A stretch of DNA of 55,644 nt from an uncultured Acetobacteraceae bacterium (GTDB lineage: Bacteria > Pseudomonadota > Alphaproteobacteria > Acetobacterales > Acetobacteraceae), in contig CAXUBA010000002.1 in NCBI GenBank assembly GCA_964249205.1, forward strand, positions 20,824-76,467, given 5' to 3'. Below are positions 7,621-16,861 of the stretch, one piece after another. A program made the position numbers and the translations under genes. The notes below the pieces were generated by a model. It was not told the DNA's origin and ran no database searches. It was given only the letters and a program-made list of their open reading frames with translations. The stretch's first letter is position 1. Each line of letters opens with the position of its first letter.

Positions 7621-9369
7621 TCAGGCCAAGGTCATGCGTCGGCTCGAATACTCGTAGAGCGGCCGCCAGAACAGGCGATTGAAGGCGAGGACGAACGCAC
7701 TCATCACCACGGTGCCGAGCACGACCTCGAGCGTGTTGCCTCGCGCGGTCGCGTCGGCGATGTAGGCGCCGAGGCCGGCCGCGTGCAGCGTGGTGTCGCC
7801 CCAGGTCACCACCTCGGCCACGATCGCGGCGTTCCACGAGCCGCCCGACGCGGTGATCGCGCCGGTCACGAAATACGGCATGATCGCGGGAAGCGCGACG
7901 CGGCGCCACCAGAGCCAGCCGCCGACGCGGAAGTTTCGCGATACTTCCAGCAGATCGCCCGGAACAGCCGCGGCGCCCGCGATGACGTTGAACAGGATGT
8001 ACCATTGCGTTCCGAGCACCATGAGCGGCGTCAGCCAGATGCTCGCGTTGAGATGCCCGCGCACGATCGCGATCGCGAAGATCGGGTAGAGGAGGTTGGC
8101 GGGAAACGCCGCCAAGAACTGCGCGACGGGCTGCACGCGACGTGACCAGACCGGGCTGAGGCCGATCATGACGCCCACCGGTACCCAGATCAGGGATGCG
8201 ACGATCATCATGACAACGACGCGGATCAGCGTGTAACAACCGAGCACCACGACGTGCAGCACCTGCGGGACGGTGAGCACACGGGACACCGCGACGCCGA
8301 GCCAGCCGAGAGCCACGAGTGCGCACAGGGCCACCAGACCGATGCCGATCGCGTCGACCGTGCGGGACGGCTTCGCCCCCAGGCTCCGCGCGCCGCCGTG
8401 TGAGCCGACCGGCAGGCCGCCGATCCGCGTCAGAACGCCGCTCAACAGCTCCGCGAAACGCCGCAACAGCTCGGTACGGCGAAGAAGCGCGAGCACCCAC
8501 GGGTCGGCGGGCGTCGCGCCCGGCGTCATCTCGTAGCGGAACTTCAGCGACCAGGCCACGAGAGGGCGGAACAGGAGCTGGTCGTAAAGCAGGATCACGA
8601 GCGCCATCGTCAGGATGGCGTAGACGATGGCGGTCACGTCATGACGCGCGAGCGCCAGTGCCACGTAGGAGCCGACGCCCGGGAGCGTCCAAGTCGTGCT
8701 GCCCACCGTCACCGCTTCCGCGGCAACGATCATGAACCAGCCGCCCGACATGGACATCAGCGTGTTCCAGACGAGGCCCGGCGTCGCGAATGGCACTTCG
8801 AGGCGCCAGAAGCGCTGCCAGGATGAAAGCCGGAACTGGCGCGAAGCCTCGTCGAGATCGGCGGGGATCGTGCGCAGCGATTGATACATGGAGAATGCCA
8901 TGTTCCAGGCCTGGCTCGTGAAGATCACGAAGATGCAGGCGAACTCCGCGCCGAGCACGCGGCCGGGGAACAGCCCGAGAAAGAAGGTCGTGGTGAACGT
9001 CAGGAACGACAGGATCGGAACGGACTGGAGGATATCGAGGATCGGCACGAGCACGAGGCCGGCGCGCCTGCTCTTCGCGGCCCAGACCGCGTAGGTGAAG
9101 GTGAACAGCAGCGAGCACGCGAGGGCGGCGAACATCCGCAGCGTGGTGCGGAGCGCGTAGCCCGGCAGGTACGACGGATCGAGATGGATCGGCGATCCCT
9201 GAACGGTCGCGATCGGCGCGAACGTGTGCCGCGCCGCGCCGGCGAAGACGAAGGCGACCGCGGCCATGACGACGATGACGGCGACATCGATCAGGCGTGG
9301 ACTGCCAGCGACACGACGCACGGACGCGACGAGGGGCAGCCGTTCCGGATCGCGGGTCGTGTCCGACAT
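7621..9369 (-). CDS. ABC transporter permease, duplicated (fused) NitT/TauT-type membrane component
   Basis: 582-aa polytopic protein with two permease halves. It ends 13 nt upstream of the ATPase gene. Confidence 0.8.
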   Translation of the reverse strand: MSDTTRDPERLPLVASVRRVAGSPRLIDVAVIVVMAAVAFVFAGAARHTFAPIATVQGSPIHLDPSYLPGYALRTTLRMFAALACSLLFTFTYAVWAAKSRRAGLVLVPILDILQSVPILSFLTFTTTFFLGLFPGRVLGAEFACIFVIFTSQAWNMAFSMYQSLRTIPADLDEASRQFRLSSWQRFWRLEVPFATPGLVWNTLMSMSGGWFMIVAAEAVTVGSTTWTLPGVGSYVALALARHDVTAIVYAILTMALVILLYDQLLFRPLVAWSLKFRYEMTPGATPADPWVLALLRRTELLRRFAELLSGVLTRIGGLPVGSHGGARSLGAKPSRTVDAIGIGLVALCALVALGWLGVAVSRVLTVPQVLHVVVLGCYTLIRVVVMMIVASLIWVPVGVMIGLSPVWSRRVQPVAQFLAAFPANLLYPIFAIAIVRGHLNASIWLTPLMVLGTQWYILFNVIAGAAAVPGDLLEVSRNFRVGGWLWWRRVALPAIMPYFVTGAITASGGSWNAAIVAEVVTWGDTTLHAAGLGAYIADATARGNTLEVVLGTVVMSAFVLAFNRLFWRPLYEYSSRRMTLA

Positions 9370-9448
9370 CGGGCCTCCCGGCGGGATGGTGGCGGCGCGC
9401 GACCACGCGGATCGGGCGTCGGGCCTTTAGCGGATCGAGGCAGACGTG

Positions 9449-9982
9449 TCACGCCGGGTCGCGGCGGAAGCCCGTGCTGCCAAATCCTCCCGTTCCGCGC
9501 TCGGTGTCGTCGAGCGTTTCCGTTTCGTCCCATACGGCGCGAAGCACCGGCGAAAGCACCGCCTGCGCGATCCGCATGCCGCGTTCGACCGTGAACGGCG
9601 CATCGCCTGCGTTCATCACGATGACCTGGATCTCGCCGCGGTAGTCCTCGTCGATCGTTCCGGGCGTGTTGGGCAGCGTGACGCCATGTCGGAGCGCGAG
9701 ACCAGAGCGCGGCCGGATCTGTAGTTCGTGGCCGGGCGGGAGCGCGAGCCGAATCCCGGTCGGGACGAGCGTGCGCGCGCCGGGATCGAGCGTGACGGGG
9801 CGCCCGATCGCGGCGAAAAGATCCATCGCCGCCGCGCCGACCGTCGCGTAGGCCGGCAGCGGGAGATCGGCGCCGTGCGGCAGCCGTTCGACGCGGATGG
9901 TCGCGGTTCTCGGCGAGCGGCGGCCCGGATCGGGCTCGGAAGGAAGCCTCAAGAGCGGTTCGGGGGTTTCAGTCGGATCCAC
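9449..9982 (-). CDS. dut: dUTP diphosphatase
   Basis: Contains [23 protein letters not shown] and [13 protein letters not shown] start with an N-terminal extension of about 25 aa, so the start is uncertain. Confidence 0.9.
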   Translation of the reverse strand: MDPTETPEPLLRLPSEPDPGRRSPRTATIRVERLPHGADLPLPAYATVGAAAMDLFAAIGRPVTLDPGARTLVPTGIRLALPPGHELQIRPRSGLALRHGVTLPNTPGTIDEDYRGEIQVIVMNAGDAPFTVERGMRIAQAVLSPVLRAVWDETETLDDTERGTGGFGSTGFRRDPA

Positions 9983-10063
9983 GCGACGAACCTAGTCACG
10001 GGATCGGGTGCTGTCGCTCGTTGTCACCTGTGGAACGTGGGGATACCGGGGATACAGGCCCGC

Positions 10064-11272
10064 TCAGGCAACGCCGATCGTGTCCGCGATGCGCGCGACG
10101 AGCCGGCGCGCGACCTCGGTCTTCGCGAGCCGCGGCCAGGATTCCACGCCCGCCGCCGTCAGGAGATGCACCTCGTTCTCGGCACCACCGAAGGTCCCGG
10201 TCCCTTCCCCCACGTCGTTGGCGACGATCCAGTCGCAGCCCTTCCGCTCGCGCTTAGCGGCGGCGGCGGCGAGGAGGTTCTCGGTCTCCGCCGCGAAACC
10301 GACAACAAGACGAGGCCGCAGCGGACCCGGAAGCGCGATCGTGCGCAGGATGTCCTCGTTCGGGACGAGCGCGAGCCGCGGCGGTTCGGCGCGGTCGATC
10401 TTGCTGATCTTGCGGTCGGCGCGCTCCGTGACGCGCCAGTCCGCGACCGCGGCGGCCATGACCGCGACCGCGACCGGAAGCGCGCGCCGGCAGGCCGCCA
10501 GCATGGCGGCTGCCGTCTCCACCTCGATCCGTTCGACTCCGGCGGGCGGCGGCAGCGCCGTCGGTCCGCTCACCAGCGTCACCGCGGCGCCCTCCGCCGC
10601 GAGCGCGGCCGCGACCGCGTAGCCCTGCCGGCCGCTACTCCGGTTGGCGATTACGCGGACCGGATCGATCGGCTCCCAGGTCGGCCCCGCGGTGACCAGC
10701 GCCCGCGTTCCGGCGAGCCGACCGGCGGACAGGATGCGCCCGATCGCGCCGAGGATGTCAGAGGGTTCGGTGAGACGGCCGACCCCCCACTCGTTGCACG
10801 CCATGGCGCCTTCCTCGGGGCCGACGAAGCAAACCCCGCGCGCGCGCAGCGTCTCGACATTCGCCACCGTCGCGGCGTGCGACCACATGCGGTGGTTCAT
10901 CGCGGGAGCCACCAGCACGTCCTTGTCGGTCGCGAGCAGGAGCGTCGTCGCGAGATCGGACGCGAGACCCGCCGCCATGCGCGCGAGAAGGTCGGCCGAA
11001 GCCGGCGCGACAACCACGAGGTCGGCGCTCCGGGACAGTTCGATGTGGCCCATCTCGCTTTCCGCGGTGAGGCTCAGGAGATCGGTGTGGACCGGCTCGC
11101 CGGTCAGCGCCTGAAGGCTGAGCGGAGTCACGAAGGCGGCGCCGCCGTCGGTCAACACGGCACGAACGCCGGCGCCGGCGCGCCTGAGGAGACGGACGAG
11201 TTCGAGCGACTTGTAGGCGGCGATCCCGCCGGACACGACGAGGAGGATGCGACGCCCGGCGAGCCCGGTCAC
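10064..11272 (-). CDS. coaBC: Bifunctional phosphopantothenoylcysteine decarboxylase / phosphopantothenate-cysteine ligase
   Basis: Contains ILLVVSGGIAAYK, PAMNHRMW and ITAGPT-like VTAGPTWEPIDPVRVIANRSSG. The GTG at 11272 overlaps the ubiE stop (GTGA). The 818-aa track ORF is a read-through artefact. Confidence 0.9.
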   Translation of the reverse strand: MTGLAGRRILLVVSGGIAAYKSLELVRLLRRAGAGVRAVLTDGGAAFVTPLSLQALTGEPVHTDLLSLTAESEMGHIELSRSADLVVVAPASADLLARMAAGLASDLATTLLLATDKDVLVAPAMNHRMWSHAATVANVETLRARGVCFVGPEEGAMACNEWGVGRLTEPSDILGAIGRILSAGRLAGTRALVTAGPTWEPIDPVRVIANRSSGRQGYAVAAALAAEGAAVTLVSGPTALPPPAGVERIEVETAAAMLAACRRALPVAVAVMAAAVADWRVTERADRKISKIDRAEPPRLALVPNEDILRTIALPGPLRPRLVVGFAAETENLLAAAAAKRERKGCDWIVANDVGEGTGTFGGAENEVHLLTAAGVESWPRLAKTEVARRLVARIADTIGVA

Positions 11273-12021
11273 AACCGCCAGCCGGCATGGATGGCGGCGA
11301 TGCCGCCCGAAAGGTTGCGAACGGTAACGCGCGCCAACCCGGCGAGGCGCATCATGTCCGCGAGCGCCTCCTGGTCGGGAAACGTCCGGATGCTCTCCGC
11401 GAGGTAGCGGTAGGAACTCTCGTCGCCGGCGACCAGGCGGCCGAGCAGCGGCAGCGCCCCGAACGACCACCGCTCGTAAAGGGGCGCGAGGGCGGCGACG
11501 GTCACGCGGGAGAACTCGAGGCAAAGGAAGCGGCCGCCCGGCTTCAGCACGCGTCTTGCCTCCGCGAGCACGCGCTCCTTCCGCGTGCAGTTGCGGAGGC
11601 CAAACGCAATCGAGACCCGCTCGACGCTGCGGTCGGCGAGCGGGATCGCCTCGGCGTCCACCTGCGCGAACATCATTTTCGCCGCTTCCTTGCGCGTCGC
11701 GGCGCGTCGGGCGGCGAGCGCCAGCATCGACGCGTTGACGTCTGTCAGCAGGGCCGGGCCGCCGCCCCGGGCGATCCAGCCGAACCCGATGTCGCCCGTG
11801 CCCGATGCGAGATCGAGCAGGGTCATGCGCGGCGACGGATCGAGCGACGCCAGGAACTCGCGCTTCCAGAGCCGGTGGATACCGAGCGACATGAGGTCGT
11901 TCATCAGGTCGTAGCGCCCCGCGACGCTGTCGAACACCTCGCGGACGAGCGCCCGCTTCTCGTGCGCCGGCACCTCGCGGTAGCCGAAGTCCGTTGTCGT
12001 TTCCGTCTGCTTGTCGGTCAT
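11269..12021 (-). CDS. ubiE: Ubiquinone/menaquinone biosynthesis C-methyltransferase
   Basis: Contains [25 protein letters not shown] and LDLASGTGD; the C-terminus is [12 protein letters not shown]. Confidence 0.9.
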   Translation of the reverse strand: MTDKQTETTTDFGYREVPAHEKRALVREVFDSVAGRYDLMNDLMSLGIHRLWKREFLASLDPSPRMTLLDLASGTGDIGFGWIARGGGPALLTDVNASMLALAARRAATRKEAAKMMFAQVDAEAIPLADRSVERVSIAFGLRNCTRKERVLAEARRVLKPGGRFLCLEFSRVTVAALAPLYERWSFGALPLLGRLVAGDESSYRYLAESIRTFPDQEALADMMRLAGLARVTVRNLSGGIAAIHAGWRL

Positions 12022-12050
12022 CGATCGCCTCTATAGCGTCTCCGCCCCTC

Positions 12051-12896
12051 ATGCCGGAACTCCCCGAGGTCGAGACCGTGATGCGCGGCCTCCGAACGCG
12101 CCTGGAAGGGCGGCGCATCGCGCACGCCGAGATCCGGCGGCCGGACCTCCGCTGGCCTATTCCGCCCGGCATGCGCCGCGCGCTCGAAGGGCAGCGGGTG
12201 CTCGGTTTCAGGCGCCGGGGCAAATACATCCTGATGCGCCTCGACGGCGGCATGTCGGCGCTGATCCATCTCGGCATGTCGGGACGGATGGTGGTCTCGC
12301 CCGCCGCCATCGCGACGAGCCCGGCCCCCTTGCACGAGCACGTCGTGCTGCTGACGGACGACGGCTGGCAGGTCGCGCTGACCGATCCACGCCGGTTCGG
12401 CGCGCTGGATCTCGTTCCGACCGAGGACGAAGACCGGCATCGCCTGCTCGCCGGCCTCGGACCGGAACCGCTCGAGGATGGTTTCACCGGTCCGACGCTC
12501 GAGACCTCGCTCCGTGGCAAGCGGACGCCGCTTAAGGCGGCGCTGCTCGATCAGACCGTGGTGGCCGGTCTCGGCAATATCTACGTCTGCGAGGCATTGT
12601 TCCGGGCCAGGCTTTCTCCTCGGCGGCTCGCGGGCACGATCGGCCCGGCGCGCGCGTCCCGTCTCGTCGCGTCGATCCGGACCACGTTGGCGGACGCTGT
12701 CGCCGCGGGCGGATCGAGCCTGCGCGACTACGTGCAGACGGATGGCGAACTTGGCTGGTTCCAGCACAGCTGGAAGGTCTATGGACGAGCCGGCGCCCCC
12801 TGCGAGCGCTGTCCCGGCCCCGCGACATGCCCGGGCATCACCCGCTTCACGCAGGCGGGCCGGAGCACCTTCAGCTGTCCTCGGACGCAGCGCTGA
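12051..12896 (+). CDS. mutM: Formamidopyrimidine-DNA glycosylase
   Basis: Starts [10 protein letters not shown] (catalytic Pro2). Also contains HLGMSGR and a C-terminal Cys zinc finger. I used the internal ATG at 12051. Confidence 0.9.
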   Translation: MPELPEVETVMRGLRTRLEGRRIAHAEIRRPDLRWPIPPGMRRALEGQRVLGFRRRGKYILMRLDGGMSALIHLGMSGRMVVSPAAIATSPAPLHEHVVLLTDDGWQVALTDPRRFGALDLVPTEDEDRHRLLAGLGPEPLEDGFTGPTLETSLRGKRTPLKAALLDQTVVAGLGNIYVCEALFRARLSPRRLAGTIGPARASRLVASIRTTLADAVAAGGSSLRDYVQTDGELGWFQHSWKVYGRAGAPCERCPGPATCPGITRFTQAGRSTFSCPRTQR

Positions 12897-12983
12897 GACG
12901 TCTTGACAGCGGTCGGCGTGACGCCTAGTTCTCGCGCCCTCGCGGCGGCCCCTGGGTTCGCCCTTAAATGATCACGGATCTTC

Positions 12984-13253
12984 ATGGCGAACACGTCCTC
13001 CGCGCGGAAGCGCATCCGGCAGACCGAACGGCGAACGGCGCGAAACGCGGCGCGAAAGTCCCGCATGCGCACCTTCATCAAGAAGGTCGAGACTGCGATT
13101 TCGGGCGGCGACAAGGATGCTGCGCAGGCCGCATTGCGTGCCGCGCAGCCTGAGTTGCAGCGCGCCGCGAACAAGGGCGTGCTTCACGCGAACACGGCGG
13201 CCCGCAAGCTGTCCCGCCTTTCCGCGCGTATCAAGGCGATCGCCGCCGCCTGA
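12984..13253 (+). CDS. rpsT: 30S ribosomal protein S20
   Basis: Reads [35 protein letters not shown]. Confidence 0.95.
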   Translation: MANTSSARKRIRQTERRTARNAARKSRMRTFIKKVETAISGGDKDAAQAALRAAQPELQRAANKGVLHANTAARKLSRLSARIKAIAAA

Positions 13254-13278
13254 AGGCACCCCTCGTCACCGGGCCAGG

Positions 13279-13317
13279 AAAGGCCGCGTCGCCATTGTGC
13301 GACGCGGCCTTTTTCTT
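13279..13317 (+). terminator. Intrinsic terminator after rpsT
   Basis: AAGGCCGCGTCGC-CATTGT-GCGACGCGGCCTT followed by TTTTCTT. Confidence 0.8.
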
Positions 13318-13505
13318 GCGGTGCAGCATCACCGTCCTGTCATGAAAGCGGCAGATTCCGATTGCCTCGGTTCGATCTTCCGCCTATCACTTGGACGTCG
13401 ATCCGGCGCGTCCGGAATGAAATAACCGAGTGCCAGACTATTAAGTTGCTGATCAGTCGATCAGCATCGGCCTCACACCGATCGCAGAATTGTTGAGGAG
13501 ACACG

Positions 13506-14960
13506 GTGTCCAGCATCGGTCGCGACGCGAAGGTGCGGGCTGTTTCCGTCGGCGGGATCGGGCGCGTATCGTCGTCCCCTGCAGATGAGTTCGCCCGGAT
13601 CAAGACCAGGCTCCAGAACGAGGTCGGCGAGGTCGAATACGGCGCCTGGCTTCGCCAGATGACCCTCGGCAGCCACGACGATGACGAGATCACGCTGTTC
13701 CTGCCGACGCGTTTTCTGCGCGATTGGGTGCATAAGCAGTATGGCGATCGACTGACAGCTCTTTGGCGTCTCGAACGGCCGGAGATCCGTCGTCTCGATA
13801 TCCGGGTCGCGGCCACGACCGAGAGACCGACCGCGACCGCCACGTCGGGCAGGGAGATGCCGGTCACGGCGCCCCCGTCGGTCAGGGCGGAGGCGGCCGG
13901 ACGGTCGTTCGACGCGGTTTCGACCCTCGATCGAGGCACGGAGGCCGCGATCGATCCGCGGTTCACCTTCGACAGCTTCGTGGTCGGCAAGCCGAACGAG
14001 TTCGCACACGCCTGCGCCCGCCGCGTCGCGGAAGCGCCGGCGAGCCCCGGCTTCAACCCCCTGTTCCTCTACGGTGGCGTCGGGCTCGGTAAGACGCATC
14101 TGATGCACGCAATCGGGCTCGAACTTCGTCGTCGCGGCAACGTGTCGGTCGCCTACATGTCGGCCGAGAAGTTCATGTACCGCTTCATCTCGGCGATCCG
14201 CAGCCAGTCGACGATCGAGTTCAAGGAGCAGCTGCGGTCGGTCGACGTGCTGATGGTGGACGATCTTCAGTTCCTCATCGGCAAGGACAACACGCAGGAG
14301 GAGTTCTTCCACACGTTCAACGCGCTGGTGGACGCTGGCAAACAGATCGTCGTGTCGGCGGACAAGTCTCCATCCGACCTGTCCGGGCTCGAGGACCGGC
14401 TCCGCACGCGCCTCGGCTGCGGCATGGTCGCCGACATCCACGCGACGACGTTCGAGCTGCGCCTGTCCATCCTGCAGGCGAAGGCCGATCGCTCCGGGGT
14501 CGCGATCCCGCCACGCGTGCTCGACTTCCTCGCGCACAAGATCACGTCGAATGTGCGCGAACTCGAAGGTGCGCTCAATCGGCTGATCGCGCACGCGAAC
14601 CTGTTCGGGCGACCGGTCGATTTCGACAGCACGCAGGACGTGCTGCACGACATCCTCAAGGCTCACGAGCGACGGGTCACGATCGAGGAAATCCAGCGGA
14701 AGGTCGCGGAACACTGGAACATTCGACTGTCCGACATGTCTTCGGCGCGCCGTGCACGCGCCGTGGCGAGACCGCGTCAAGTCGCGATGTATCTCGCGAA
14801 ACAGCTGACGTCGCGAAGCCTGCCGGAGATCGGCCGGAAGTTCGGCAATCGTGACCACACGACGGTGATGCACGCGGTCGGTCGAATCGCCGAGCTGATG
14901 CAGCGTGACGTGTCGTTCGCGGAAGACGTGGAGCTTCTCCGACGCATGCTCGAAAGCTGA
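13506..14960 (+). CDS. dnaA: Chromosomal replication initiator DnaA
   Basis: Contains FDSFVVGKPNEFA, Walker A GGVGLGKTHL and the C-terminal DNA-binding motif DHTTVMHA. GTG start preceded by GAGGAGA. Confidence 0.95.
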   Translation: MSSIGRDAKVRAVSVGGIGRVSSSPADEFARIKTRLQNEVGEVEYGAWLRQMTLGSHDDDEITLFLPTRFLRDWVHKQYGDRLTALWRLERPEIRRLDIRVAATTERPTATATSGREMPVTAPPSVRAEAAGRSFDAVSTLDRGTEAAIDPRFTFDSFVVGKPNEFAHACARRVAEAPASPGFNPLFLYGGVGLGKTHLMHAIGLELRRRGNVSVAYMSAEKFMYRFISAIRSQSTIEFKEQLRSVDVLMVDDLQFLIGKDNTQEEFFHTFNALVDAGKQIVVSADKSPSDLSGLEDRLRTRLGCGMVADIHATTFELRLSILQAKADRSGVAIPPRVLDFLAHKITSNVRELEGALNRLIAHANLFGRPVDFDSTQDVLHDILKAHERRVTIEEIQRKVAEHWNIRLSDMSSARRARAVARPRQVAMYLAKQLTSRSLPEIGRKFGNRDHTTVMHAVGRIAELMQRDVSFAEDVELLRRMLES

Positions 14961-15109
14961 TGGTGCCGGGCGTGGGAGACGACACGCGACAGGGATGATG
15001 CGGGGCCTTCCGCCCGTCGCAGGACGCTGGCGGAGCGGATATTCGGCTGATATCGTTCGCGTCCCGGACCACACGCCGGCCGACGCCAACCTGCCCAGGG
15101 TTCAAGCAC

Positions 15110-16222
15110 ATGAAGCTCAAGGCCGACCGCGCCACCCTTCTTCGCGCGCTGGCCCACGTCCAGAGCGTCGCCGAGAAGCGAAACACGATCCCGATCCTTG
15201 CGAACGTGCTGATCGAGGTCCGTGACGGCGTCATGCGTCTGACCGCGACCGACATGGAGATCGCGGTCGAGGAGCAGATCGAGGCAAGCGCCGAGCGGGA
15301 CGGACGGACCACCGCGCCGGCGGCGACCCTTTACGAGATCGTCCGCCGGCTGCCAGAGGGCGCCGTCGTGGAGTTCGATCATCCCGGCGGCGACGCCGCG
15401 CTCAAGCTTCGCGCCGGCCGCTACACGACGAGCCTCAACGTGCTCGCCGTCGAGGACTTCCCGAACATGACGGCGGGCACGCTGCCGCACGAATGGACGA
15501 TCGGCGCCGACACGCTGCGGAACCTGATCGATCGGACGCGCTTCGCGATCTCGACCGAGGAAACGCGCTACTACTTGAACGGCATCTACCTGCACGTTTC
15601 CGGTGACCGGCTTCGCGCGGTGGCGACCGACGGGCATCGCCTCGCGCGCGTCGAGACCGCGCTTCCCGACGGTGCCGCCGGGATGCCGGGGGTGATCGTG
15701 CCCCGGAAGACGGTGGCCGAGCTGCGGAAGCTGCTCGACGAGGGGTCCGTCCCGCTCGGGGTCGCATTGTCGGAAACGCGGATCCGCTTCTCGATCGGCG
15801 GGATCCGCCTCACGAGCAAGCTGATCGACGGCACGTTCCCGGAATACGAGCGCGTGATCCCGAAGGAGAACGACCGAATCCTCAAGGTCGGCCGCAAAGA
15901 CTTCTCGGATGCCGTGGCGCGGGTCGCCGCGATCAGCCAGGAACGGTCTCGTCCGGTGAAGCTCACGATGACGGAGAACCTCCTCGTCCTGACCGCGACG
16001 AGCCCCGACCAGGGGATTGCGGTCGAGGAGCTCGATGAGGGTCGCGCCGCCTACGAGGCCGAACCGCTCGAGATCGGCTTCCAGGCCCGGTATCTCAGCG
16101 ACATCACCGATCAGATCCGGGAGCGAGTGGAGTTCCGCTTCTCGGACGGCTCCGCCCCCACCGTCGTGCAGGACGTCGAGGACGACAGCGCGCTCTACGT
16201 GCTGATGCCGATGCGCGTGTAG
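15110..16222 (+). CDS. dnaN: DNA polymerase III beta sliding clamp
   Basis: 370 aa. Contains KRNTIPILANVLIE, LTATDMEI and YLNGIYL; the C-terminus is LYVLMPMRV. Confidence 0.95.
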   Translation: MKLKADRATLLRALAHVQSVAEKRNTIPILANVLIEVRDGVMRLTATDMEIAVEEQIEASAERDGRTTAPAATLYEIVRRLPEGAVVEFDHPGGDAALKLRAGRYTTSLNVLAVEDFPNMTAGTLPHEWTIGADTLRNLIDRTRFAISTEETRYYLNGIYLHVSGDRLRAVATDGHRLARVETALPDGAAGMPGVIVPRKTVAELRKLLDEGSVPLGVALSETRIRFSIGGIRLTSKLIDGTFPEYERVIPKENDRILKVGRKDFSDAVARVAAISQERSRPVKLTMTENLLVLTATSPDQGIAVEELDEGRAAYEAEPLEIGFQARYLSDITDQIRERVEFRFSDGSAPTVVQDVEDDSALYVLMPMRV

Positions 16223-16255
16223 GCGCGTCCTACCCGGCCGCGCAGCGACTGTCCC

Positions 16256-16774
16256 TCAGGCGCCGAAGCGAAGCGACGCCTCGCGCATCACGAGGACGCC
16301 AAGCAGGACGATCAGGACGACCAGGGTGAGGACCCAGCGCAGGCCGAGGTAGGAGGGTGGCACGGCGCCGATCCGGCTCCCGCGCTGCTCGGCCGCAAGC
16401 ACGAGGGCGAAGCCGAGCGCGAGCAGCGCGAGCGCACCGAGCGGCGCTGCGGCCGGTCCTGCGAGGAGAAGCGAAAGGAAGGCCGCAAGCGCGGGCAGGA
16501 CGCCGCCGGCGAGCTGGGCGGTCTCGGCGCGTCGGCCTGCCGGGACCGGGACGGCGGACGCTCCTGCCAGCGCGAAGCCCCAGTGGACGGCGCCGAGAAA
16601 GGACAGGATCGCACCCGCGTACGCGATCAGAGCGAACAACGCACGATCCGGCGGCAGGGCGGAGAGCACGACGCGCGGCCCGTGGACGGCGAGGGCGGCA
16701 TAGCCACAGACGAGGAACGGGACGAGGCCGCCGAGCCCGAGCAGGATGGCGAGGGTCGGCAGGCGTCGGGACAT
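16256..16774 (-). CDS. DUF3429-like integral membrane protein
   Basis: The ATG at 16774 is preceded by GGAGGAACCG. About 172 aa and very hydrophobic (LAILLGLGGLVPFLVCGY...AVHWGFAL). The 769-aa track ORF is an artefact. Confidence 0.65.
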   Translation of the reverse strand: MSRRLPTLAILLGLGGLVPFLVCGYAALAVHGPRVVLSALPPDRALFALIAYAGAILSFLGAVHWGFALAGASAVPVPAGRRAETAQLAGGVLPALAAFLSLLLAGPAAAPLGALALLALGFALVLAAEQRGSRIGAVPPSYLGLRWVLTLVVLIVLLGVLVMREASLRFGA

Positions 16775-16861
16775 CGGTTCCTCCGTTGACGACGAGCCGC
16801 TCCGGTCACCACGTTCGATACCGGCCGGGTCTCGCCCCAGCCAAGCGCAGGACGGATCGGA

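Noticed and set aside
10064-12520. 818-aa ORF that appears to fuse coaBC with upstream sequence. Similar fusion-like ORFs occur at 16256-18565 (769 aa), 20852-22651 (599 aa), 29283-31820 (845 aa), 35461-37785 (774 aa), 38125-39489 (454 aa), 40081-42423 (780 aa) and 44574-46649 (691 aa).
   Set aside because: Only the distal part matches a real protein in each case. The N-terminal extensions overlap neighbouring genuine genes in another frame. Internal starts with SD sequences or ATGA/GTGA coupling give normal-length products.
13254-13505. Possible chromosomal origin (oriC) next to dnaA.
   Set aside because: I found no cluster of DnaA-box-like 9-mers and no extended AT-rich unwinding element. 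Alphaproteobacterial origins are usually elsewhere. I cannot exclude it without a whole-replicon skew analysis.
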